From: Octopus bimaculoides
Lineage: Eukaryota
DNA length: 39,238 nucleotides
Assembly: GCF_001194135.2 (NCBI RefSeq)
Contig: NC_069006.1
Coordinates: 13,200,360-13,239,597, forward strand
Direction of reading: 5' to 3'
The position numbers were made by a program, and so were the translations under genes. This document shows, piece after piece, positions 24,233 through 36,357 of the stretch (position 1 is the stretch's first letter; each line of letters opens with the position of its first letter). Under the pieces are notes generated by a model that made no database searches, had not been told where the DNA came from, and was given only the letters and a program-made list of their open reading frames with translations.

Positions 24233-26231
24233 GCACATGCATATATGTATGTGTGTGTATGTATGTATGTATGTTTGTATCAGTGGCATTTGGTGGTTGT
24301 TGCATTAAGGGTGTTGCCATAGCCAATGCCACCCAATTCCAAGCTGGGGTATAATAAAAGTTTCCCATTAAGATTTGTGATTAAATTAATGAGTGAGGTT
24401 AATTATTCCTAATGAATTTGCCATTTCCAAAGGGTGTGCAGCACACACCTAGCACACCAGGAACATACACCCCTAGTATGTATGTATACATGGATATATG
24501 TATATATATGTGTATACATACAGATGTACATGCACACACACACACACACACACACAGAATATTCAGAGAGAAAGGCGGCGAGCTGGCAGAAACGTTAGCA
24601 CGCCGGACGAAATGCTTAGCGGTATTTCGTCTGCCGTTACGTTCTGAGTTCAAATTCCACCGAGGTCGACTTTGCCTTTCATCCTTTCGGGGTCGATTAA
24701 ATAAGTGCCAGTTACGCACTGGGGTCGATGTAATCGACTTAATCCCTTTGTCTGTCCTTGTTTGTCCCCTCTGTGTGTAGCCCCTTGTGGGCAGTAAAGA
24801 AATAGGTATTTCGTCTGCTGTTATGTTCTGAGTTCAAATTCCGCCGAGGTCGACTTTGCCTTTCATCCTTTCGGGGTTGATAAATTAAGTACTAGTTACG
24901 CACTTGGGTCGATGTAATCGACTTAATCCCTTTGTCTGTCCTTGTTTGTCCCCTCTATGTTTAGCCCCTTGTGGGCAATAAAGAAATAAGAATATTCAGT
25001 GAGAGAATTGATAAGACAGATTAGCAGGTCTTACCGGTCGGTTCCGGAAATTAGCAAAGTTTGTTGACATGATTGTTTTAATCATTTGTAGATCGGTTAT
25101 CAGTAAATAGGGACTTCGACCTATGAAATACCTGAACAAGAGAAGAACAGAACGAGGTAGTTTACATGACAGGACAAAAGAACAGCAGCAAATACAGAAT
25201 ATACATATATACATATATAAATATATATAGACCCGGCAAATAAAGTGAGTTCACAGCTGTAACCTACACCAGTGTCGCATAACCAGCCCACTCAAAAGTA
25301 CCTTGGCTTGTAGGGCAACATGCCATGCTTGAGAAGACCTATTGAGTCAAGTACATCAACATCAATGTCAAAATCAAATCAAATGGAAATTGTAGTTGTG
25401 AACCCCATGCAGGTGGCACATAAAAAGCACCATCTGAACGTGGCCAGTGCCAGTGCCGCATTGACTGGCTTCCATGCCAATGGCACGTAAAATGCACCAT
25501 CTGATTGTGGTCGATGCCAACTCCTCTGGCCCCTGTGCCAGTGGCACATAAAATGCACCCACACTACATTCTCGGAGTGGTTGGTGTTAGGACGGGCATC
25601 CAGCTGTAGAAACACTGCCAGATCAGATTGGGGCCTAGTACAGCATCCTGGCTTCCCAGACCCCAGTTGAACCATCCAACCCATGCCAGCATGGAACATG
25701 GACGTTAAATGATGATGATGATGATAATGATGATGATATATATATATAAATATGTATGTATTTACACATACACAAATGCACACATATACACATAAAGATA
25801 CAAAGAAAGAATTCAAATGAGTTAAGGATCACTACAGCTGTTTCATACATGTTTTTTATTGATGAATAAACTGATTAGATTGTGAAAAAGTATATGTTGT
25901 TCATAATGTTGATTACAAAAGCACAACTTCTATTTCATATTTTGAATGTGTGTGTATATATATACACAACTATGGGACATAACTCCTAACATACTCCCCT
26001 GGCCCTTTTTTGCTTCACCACCTTTTTCCAAGCAGCCACAAACTGGATGTGTTAATTCACCTCTGACAATAGAGAACAGTCGCCATATCCCTTTCCATAT
26101 TGACTACCTCTGATGAGCATAGGGTTATATAATTGGATTGTTACCTGACTCTCCATTGTATTCCTTGTGCGAAACCAATTGGTAAGATCAGCTGTGATGG
26201 ATATATAATACTGTACATTTTGGATAATATA

Positions 26232-26288
<57 letters not shown>

Positions 26289-27315
26289 GGCTTCTTTCAG
26301 TTTCCATCTGCCAAATCCACTCACAAGGCTTTAATTGGCCTAAGGCTATATTAAAAGACACTTGCCCAAGATTCCATGAAGTAAGACTGAACCTGGAACC
26401 ATGTGGTTGGGAAGCAAACTTCTTACCCCATGGCCATAACTGCACACACACACACACATACACACACACACACGTATGTATTTATGTGTATATACATAGG
26501 CACAGAGTTGTTCAGTCCCACTGCATGGCGCCGTGGGCAAGTGTCTTCTATAGCCTCAGGCTGACCAAAGCCTTGTGAGTAGATTTGGTAGACGGAAATT
26601 GAAAGAAGCCTGTTGTATGTATATATATATTATATGTATTTGTCCCCCACACCATCGCTCAACAACTGATTTTGGTGTGTTTACGTCCCCGTAAGTTAGC
26701 GGTTCGGCAAAAGAGACTGATAGAATAGGTACTAGGCTTACAAAGAATGAATCCTGGGGTTGATTTGTTTGACTAAAGGCGGTGCTCCAGCATGGCCACA
26801 GTGAAATGACTGAAACAAGTAAAAGAATAAAATGCGCAGACAAGAAAAGAGGAGACTAGTGGTTGTGTTCTTTATGGTTTTTGCTTCTAACATTACAGTT
26901 AATCATTCTCTGCAGCACTTCTTAAAGCTCCACTCACACACATAAAGTATGTGGATGAACTTTGAGAGGCTTTTCATGAATATGCATATATGTGTGTGTG
27001 TGTATCCTGGGTTGACACTACAGCAAGCTATTTGACGTTGGGCTGGGAAGTGGTGCCAGCTGTCCCTGATGTGATGCAGTGATTGCATAAATTTGAGCAT
27101 GAAAACAGAGCAGACTGTTGCAATGTAGGACAGAGGAACCAGAATGTTCTCTGCCAGAATTGTTTGGTTCTGTTGAAGGAAATAAGTGGGAGTAAGCACT
27201 GAAATTCTTGCAGAGTGTAATTGACAGTTGATGAAAGAAACATAAGGACGTGCAACAAGCATGTGACACACATACATGTGTGTATGCATGTGTGAGTATG
27301 AGTGTGTTTGTGTGC

Positions 27316-27346
<31 letters not shown>

Positions 27347-28373
27347 AATATGGTGATATATATNNNNNNNNNNNNNNNNNNNNNNNNNNNNNNNNNNNNN
27401 NNNNNNNNNNNNNNNNNNNNNNNNNNNNNNNNNNNNNNNNNNNNNNNNNNNNNNNNNNNNNNNNNNNNNNNNNNNNNNNNNNNNNNNNNNNNNNNNNNNN
27501 NNNNNNNNNNNNNNNNNNNNNNNNNNNNNNNNNNNNNNNNNNNNNNNNNNNNNNNNNNNNNNNNNNNNNNNNNNNNNNNNNNNNNNNNNNNNNNNNNNNN
27601 NNNNNNNNNNNNNNNNNNNNNNNNNNNNNNNNNNNNNNNNNNNNNNNNNNNNNNNNNNNNNNNNNNNNNNNNNNNNNNNNNNNNNNNNNNNNNNNNNNNN
27701 NNNNNNNNNNNNNNNNNNNNNNNNNNNNNNNNNNNNNNNNNNNNNNNNNNNNNNNNNNNNNNNNNNNNNNNNNNNNNNNNNNNNNNNNNNNNNNNNNNNN
27801 NNNNNNNNNNNNNNNNNNNNNNNNNNNNNNNNNNNNNNNNNNNNNNNNNNNNNNNNNNNNNNNNNNNNNNNNNNNNNNNNNNNNNNNNNNNNNNNNNNNN
27901 NNNNNNNNNNNNNNNNNNNNNNNNNNNNNNNNNNNNNNNNNNNNNNNNNNNNNNNNNNNNNNNNNNNNNNNNNNNNNNNNNNNNNNNNNNNNNNNNNNNN
28001 NNNNNNNNNNNNNNNNNNNNNNNNNNNNNNNNNNNNNNNNNNNNNNNNNNNNNNNNNNNNNNNNNNNNNNNNNGCTGCCGTAGTCTCCTTTAGAGAGACT
28101 TAGAAATATTAATAACTCTCTCTCTCTCTCTATATATATATATGCATACACACATACATACATAAAGAATTAGGGACTCTCTGTGTCTTATGTTTCTTAT
28201 ATGTCATTGTTTACAACACAATTTTTCATTCATTTATATATATATGCATACATACACACACACACACATTCATTATATATACAAATACACACACACACTC
28301 ATTATGTATACAAATACACACACACATATATATACACATACATACACACACATACGTACACACGCATACATAC

Positions 28374-28420
<47 letters not shown>

Positions 28421-31400
28421 CACACACACACACATACATATATAGCCATTCCAGTTTATGAAACTCTTTTTAGGAGACGCAGTTATAGTCGTCCTAGATT
28501 GTTGTAATTCTTGTATATTATTGTTATAAATTAAACAAGCTGACTTGCAAACTTTTGATATTCCAGATGGAAAGAGAAGGCTATAACAGCACACCAAACA
28601 CACCCTACTAAATAGCGCTTGTTACCGCTGACTACTTTGCAGAACGTTTGGCAGCTCTCTATGCAATTACTTTTGTGTTAAACCAAGCAAAAACACAACA
28701 AAAACTTTAAGAAATGCTCCAGACTGGTCATGGATTAACTTGTATGATCTGAGTATCTGCTTTTCAGGGACAGTGGTGAGAGACAATGAGAGGTGTTGGA
28801 GGCACAGGGACATCAGAACATCAGAGCCTGTTGAGAAAATTCACAATTTTCTAGATGAAGATGTAACGTGCCTACAAAGACAATAAGCATTCAGATTGGA
28901 GTTGGTGTGGCAATTGTACACAGAATTATTCCTGAAGATCTGAATGTGTGCAGAATTTATGCTGGGTGCTTAGTGACAAACAGAACGAAAGATGTGTTGT
29001 AGACAGGAGAGGGATAGTTGAGCTCATTACGTCCAGTCCAATAGTACAAGAGTATCTGTTGACCTGTGAAGAAAGCTGGATTTACTGTTATGATCCAGAG
29101 ACCAAAAGACAGAGTGTTCAGTGGAAGCATCCTGGCTCCCCTAGACCCAAGGAGGCCAGGCAAAAGAAATTTACCAGCAAGGGCATCATCTACATCCACT
29201 AGACCCCACCTCTGATCAGACGGTCAGTAAAAAGTACTTGGTGGAGGTTCTGAGGGAATTCAGGAGGAGATTTTGTCTCAAAAGGCCAGAGTACCTGCAC
29301 CAGGAAAATGCACCAACCCACACTTCCACCCTGGTACCCAACCACTTGACAGAGACGGCTATCAAAACTGTCCCTTGCCCTCCCTATAGTCCAGACCCTT
29401 ACTCTCTGGGATGTTTGGTTGTTCCACAAGCTGAAGGAGGAGATAAAGGAAGCTGTGACAAGGGTACTGGACCCCTTCCCTTTGGAGGACTTCCAGGGGG
29501 AGGGGCCCTTCATGAAATGGCTGGAGCATGACAACAAATGCATTGAAGTGAGAAGGATCCAACAATGATGATGATGATGATGATGATATATGTATGTGCA
29601 TGCATGTGTATATATATATACACGTGTGTATATGAGTGTGTGTGTATATATATGTGTGTGTGTGTGTGTGTGTATCATCATCATCATCATCATCATCGTT
29701 TAACGTCCGCTTTCCATGCTAACATGGGTTGGACGATTTGACTGAGGACTGGTGAAACCGGATGGCAACACCAGGCTCCAATCTAATTTGGCAGAGTTTC
29801 TACAGCTGGATGCCCTTCCTAACGCCAACCACTCAGAGAGTGTAGTGGGTGCTTTTACGTATATGTATATATGCGTATTTGTAAATATATGCGTATGTGC
29901 GTGTGTGCATGTTTGTATGTATATGTGTACACACACACACACTCACACACACACACTCACACACAGACACACACACATACACGCATGCATATATCTTCAT
30001 ATAAACAATATAGATATCTAAAAAGGTTCACTTACCCTGTTACACTTCCAAACTTTTTACACCATTCTTTCTCAAGAAGATATCGAGGCTGCAACAACAT
30101 TTAACAAGGAATTGGTTTTACAAGACATATAAAAACCTTTGTCCTCACCCATCCCCACCCTCTTTATTTCTGCTGTCTTTTCAACAATGGTGCCAGGACC
30201 TCAACATTGCCCTGGGAATGGTATTCTTTATTCATTGACTTGTTTGTGGTGGTGGTGGGAGGAGTGGGGTGATGAAATTTTACTTTTTCATTATTTCTAT
30301 AAGAACAGTTAAACCCCATTCTACAAGAGTTAATTCCAGGTATTTACAAATGTCACGGGCACTGCACCTTCTTTGGCTATCTTGTATAAAAAAAAAGACA
30401 TAAGTAGATGTTATACATACACACATACATAATATACAAAGCATGGGGATTTAGTTTACAGATGATCTAAACAATTAGGTACACTTGGTAAGTACTGTAA
30501 CAGGTTACTGGGGCTCCAAGGTCATAGCTGGGACGGTAGTTATGGAGCCATCTCTACTCATTTTTTCAAATATATATATGTACATATATAAATAATTAAT
30601 AATTAATTAATTTTACCCTTTTATTATCATATACATATGTATATATATATATATATATATATATTTGGAGAGAAGATTTTTTCTCAAAGAGTTAAGATTG
30701 AGAAAAGAACCTTTTTAGAAAGTTGAAAGGCACTAACCTTTCAGAAGAGATTTCACAAAATGTATGTGGCTTTTGCTTCTATAGATGTGCAAGCGCTAAG
30801 CAAAAGCCACACACATTTGGTGAAATCTCTTCCCAAAGGTTAGTGCCTTTCGACTTTCTGAAAAAGTTCTTTTCTCAATCTTAACTCTTTGAGAAAAAAT
30901 CTCTCCAAATATTATAACTGTATCAAGGAATTTCCAAAACGCACCAAATATATATATATATATATATATATAAAGGAATACCAAAATTGGGACAAGAACG
31001 TAAAACATCCAGACAGACGATACAAAAAAAAACAAGGACGGGTCATTTGGAGTTTTCTTTCTTCAGTCAAATTCCAGATTATATATTTATTTATTTATTT
31101 ATGTGTTTCAGCCAAGTGGCTGCGGTCATGCTATATATATATATATATATATATATACATACAATGGGCTACTTTTAGTTTCCATCTACCAAATCTACTC
31201 ACAAGGCTTTGGTCAGCCCAAGGCTATGGCAGAAGGTGCTTGCCTAAAATGGTCACACAGTGGGACTGAACCCTGAACTATGTGGTTGAAAAGCAAATTT
31301 CTTACTACACAGTCACAACTGCACCCATAACTACATATAATTACAAAACTACTAAACCTTGTTTACCTTCTTTTGTTATCTTATTTGCAGATTAACTCAC

Positions 31401-33036
31401 TGCAATAATAATAGATAATACACAGCAACAGGGGGAGGGGAGCTGGTTTTTGTTGTGTTGCTTTTATCAAGTTTTTTGAGTTTTTTACCTTTTTCATTCT
31501 TTTTGGTGGAAGCAGTTTTCTAAACATTTGTTTTCCTCGTTTCTTTTATCTTGTCCCAAGTTAATAAATGTTACAGGTCATATAGTGCTAAACACTAAAT
31601 AATATCTTTTGATATGACCAATATCAGATACAAAGAGGGCAGGTTTATTGAAAAGTGGAATGTTCATTTTTTTACCAAATAAATTGAAACAAAGGCAACA
31701 TATCGCTAGAGAGGTAATATAGAACCATGAATTGCAAAGTATTGAAGCCTGATTCATGTGGTTGAAAGACAAACTACTTAAATGCAAAACCATGGTACAG
31801 CATGATATACACATAATACAATAAACATGATATATATATAGCATCATCATCATCATCATCGTTTAACGTCCGCTTTCCATGCTAGCATGGGTTGGACGAT
31901 TTGACTGAGGACTGGTGAAACCGGATGGCAACACCAGGCTCCAATCTAATTTGGCAGAGTTTCTACAGCTGGATGCCCTTCCTAACGCCAACCACTCAGA
32001 GAGTGTAGTGGGTGCTTTTACGTGTCACCCGCACGAAAACGGCCACGCTCAAAATGGTGTCTTTTATGTGCCACCCGCACAAGCCAGTCCAGGGGCACTG
32101 GCAACGATCTCACTCGAAAATCCTACGGGAGCCAGTCAGGCGGTACTGGCAACGGCCACGCTCAAAATGGTGCATCTCATGTGCCACCCGCACATATATA
32201 TATATATATATATATAGGTATTGTAAATATTAGAGGTAATACTTAATAAGTGTAAGCACCTGTATATGCCAGATAGTGGCCGAGGTGAAAGAATATATTA
32301 AAACATAAAATGAAAACAGAACACAAAGGATTCCGCGGTACACGTGTTTCATGCTTTATACACAAACAGTCGTTGCATCATTATATGAGTATATAATTGA
32401 TAGAAAGCATGGTTTAAAGCTATCTTCAGCCGCAAACATTTTCAGTCCCAAGATTACATCACAAAGAAAAAAGAAAAAGAGAGAGAAAAAGGAAAAGTCC
32501 ACTTAGTATTATCCATTGTAATATGATGTCATTAGACGGAATTTTTCATAAAGAATGAAATATGTAACTTCTACGTTTCTCCACTCATCTGTATTATATA
32601 TATATATATATAATAAATAATTTGGATAAATGAGTATAAGCCGATTAGTGTGTTTATATGTTGAGTAGAGCACCAGCACAATTTAGGCTACCAGTTGTCA
32701 TTCACAGTTGTGGTACACTTCCGTTAGATCTACTTCAGGAACTCCCTGGTGTCAGTTAGGGTAATAGCATTAATTAATAGGAGATGGATTTCACATTAGA
32801 CTTTTATTGGGTCCAACATATGTTTCGAGCCATCAGTCTGGGTCTCTTCAGATACATTGATAAAGAAGTCTAACTAGAGATTTTTAGTGTTGGCTGGGTT
32901 GTTGTTATATGCTCATCAAATAATGAGACTTCTTTATCAATGTACCTGAAGAGACCCAGACAGATGTGTCAAAACATGTTGTGCCCAACAAAGGTCTAAT
33001 ATGAAATCCATCTCCAATTAATTAATACTATATGTA

Positions 33037-33095
<59 letters not shown>

Positions 33096-34275
33096 NNNNN
33101 NNNNNNNNNNNNNNNNNNNNNNNNNNNNNNNNNNNNNNNNNNNNNNNNNNNNNNNNNNNNNNNNNNNNNNNNNNNNNNNNNNNNNNNNNNNNNNNNNNNN
33201 NNNNNNNNNNNNNNNNNNNNNNNNNNNNNNNNNNNNNNNNNNNNNNNNNNNNNNNNNNNNNNNNNNNNNNNNNNNNNNNNNNNNNNNNNNNNNNNNNNNN
33301 NNNNNNNNNNNNNNNNNNNNNNNNNNNNNNNNNNNNNNNNNNNNNNNNNNNNNNNNNNNNNNNNNNNNNNNNNNNNNNNNNNNNNNNNNNNNNNNNNNNN
33401 NNNNNNNNNNNNNNNNNNNNNNNNNNNNNNNNNNNNNNNNNNNNNNNNNNNNNNNNNNNNNNNNNNNNNNNNNNNNNNNNNNNNNNNNNNNNNNNNNNNN
33501 NNNNNNNNNNNNNNNNNNNNNNNNNNNNNNNNNNNNNNNNNNNNNNNNNNNNNNNNNNNNNNNNNNNNNNNNNNNNNNNNNNNNNNNNNNNNNNNNNNNN
33601 NNNNNNNNNNNNNNNNAAGTGTTTGGGTTCTGGTCCTGGAATTCCATGGGATTTAAATAATGAAAATGGTTTTGCTCCATAACTAAAATAACAAAATATA
33701 ATCAAAGTTATTAATGAAAATAAAACAAAAAAAAACTGGCACTTTGCAATTACGATGAGTAAATTCAGTTTTGCAAAGAATATAAGAAAGTTAATTAGTT
33801 ACAGCATGAAGAAATGGAAAGTAGGTCTCTCCTCAGGTGATACAGCCTTAGGGAAAGTTAATATCAAGTGAGGAATTTTCCAAGGGAACTCATTATCCCC
33901 TTTCATGTTTGTGTTATGTTTAATCCCCCTTTGTTTAGTATTAAGAAAGGCAAAGGCAGGGAATCAGCATAGGGATAGTAAAGGAAACATTAACCATTTG
34001 CTCTACATGGATGATCTGAAGCTTTTTAGTAGGAATAAAAAAGAGGTAGATTGCTTAATACCAACTGTAAGACTCTTCAGCAGATATAGGTAAAGAATTT
34101 GGCAAAGATAAGGCCAGGAATTTGGTGGGGGAGGTAATTCGATTACATCGACCCCAGTGCTTGACTGATACTTGGTTCATCAACTCCAAAAAGATGAAAG
34201 GCAAAGTGGATGAACTGCTGTTGAGTATTTCACTTAGCATGCTAACGATTCTGCCAACTCATCTTAATCATCATC

Positions 34276-34332
<57 letters not shown>

Positions 34333-36307
34333 CCTTTCTATTAAAGGCATAAGGACTGAAAATTGGAGGAGGAGACTAATCGATTACATTCACTCCAGTG
34401 TTTCACTGGTACTTAATTTATCGACCCCATAAAGATGAAAGACAAAGTCGACTTCAGTAGAATCTGAACTCAGAACATAAAGACAGACAAAATACAGCTA
34501 AGCATTTTACCCAGTGTTGTAACGATTCAGCCAGCTCACTGCCTTAAGCTGTCATCTATTATAATAACTCGAAATTCTGTCTGTCTGTCCGTCCGTCCAA
34601 GACCCCTGTATCTCAGTTTACATTTGCTCTACATAGACATATACCTTTTTAGAATCAGGATGATCCCAAGATTGAAAATCTACCCTTCGTCTGGTTCTTG
34701 GACATCCAGCATCAGCATCAGGTCTGGATGAGGATTTCTTATATGCTAACAGTTGAAAATCCTAATTATAAAAGAACTCCCAAAATTTGTAAACTTACAA
34801 GTTTTTCATTTANNNNNNNNNNNNNNNNNNNNNNNNNNNNNNNNNNNNNNNNNNNNNNNNNNNNNNNNNNNNNNNNNNNNNNNNNNNNNNNNNNNNNNNN
34901 NNNNNNNNNNNNNNNNNNNNNNNNNNNNNNNNNNNNNNNNNNNNNNNNNNNNNNNNNNNNNNNNNNNNNNNNNNNNNNNNNNNNNNNNNNNNNNNNNNNN
35001 NNNNNNNNNNNNNNNNNNNNNNNNNNNNNNNNNNNNNNNNNNNNNNNNNNNNNNNNNNNNNNNNNNNNNNNNNNNNNNNNNNNNNNNNNNNNNNNNNNNN
35101 NNNNNNNNNNNNNNNNNNNNNNNNNNNNNNNNNNNNNNNNNNNNNNNNNAGAGACACTACTTTCCCAAATGGCTGTGGCATTTTCGTCAAAACTATAGAA
35201 GTGTTGATTATTAAGGTTTACCCAATCATTGGACATAATTTTCGCTTTGTCAAAGAGCCATACCTGCACCAAGGAATGAAACCACCCAGGTTGTCAATTG
35301 GAAATTTATGTAATCAATCAATACTGAAAAAAAATATTATTTCTCAATTGATACTTTTGTGACCCCCAATGAGGCTGTGAATTATCCTGTTGAGTTTCTT
35401 AACTCTTCGGATCCTCCTGGAATGTCTTCTCACAAACTGACATTGAAGAAAGGAGTTCCAATCATGCTTTTGAGAAATTTGGATCCTCCAAAGCTGTGCA
35501 ATGGGACAAGGCAAATACATCCACATCTTTTGGAAGCAGCAATTTTTACTGGCAAGGAAAGAGAGAAAATGTGTTTATTCTAAGAATTCCACTGATTCCA
35601 GCAGACATGCTCTTTGAATTCAAGAGACTTTAATTTCCAGTAAGAGTTTGTTTTGCAATATCAATTAACAAGAGCCAAGGACAATCACTGGAAATTGTTG
35701 GGCTTCACCTCATGCAGCAGTGCTTTTCCCATGGTCAGCTCTATGCTGGTTGTTCCAGAGTTGGAAATAGCAACAATCTCTTCATACTCTCACCAAATAG
35801 CAAAACCAAGAATGTTGTACATCCTGCTGCTTTATAGTGACACAAAATTCTCCAAATGTGATACCCAGTGATTATAAATCTGAGATGGTAGAGTACCAAT
35901 GAATGCTTTATTATTATTGCTGTCTTTAGTTCTGGGCAGTAGACCCAATTAGTCCTCCGTAGGAGCTGGCTTAAAAGTCCGCACTGAGAGCAGCTTTTCA
36001 GCTGGTAGTAACGATAAATAAAAATTACTAAGTTAAAATGTCTCCGCTTAGAGAGTGAGTGCGAAATAAAGGACATTGCCTTCCGTAACATAAACATTTA
36101 AAACTCAAACATTCCCTCTAGATATATTGAGGTCAAAGTTCATCTCTCTCACCCTACTTTTAGTCTCTCTCTCACCCTCTCTCTCTTGAAAAAATGAGGT
36201 CACAGTTCATTCGTTCTATTTTCTGTCTCTTCCCGTATGTAAACATTAACGGAGTCTTGAATAAGTGGATGGTACCTTATGGTGAAACTAGGGTGTAGTG
36301 GGGGAAG

Positions 36308-36357
<50 letters not shown>

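Larger units (their letters stand above)
32765..33030. repeat. Inverted repeat (about 105-bp arms, 54-bp spacer)
   Basis: 32765-32871 is the reverse complement of 32926-33030 with scattered substitutions. Confidence 0.92.

Noticed and set aside
25400-25560. Spaced GTGCCxxTGGCACxTAAAA repeats (also 32020-32190) resembling a CRISPR array
   Set aside because: Eukaryotic context, degenerate units inside repeat family D, no cas genes.
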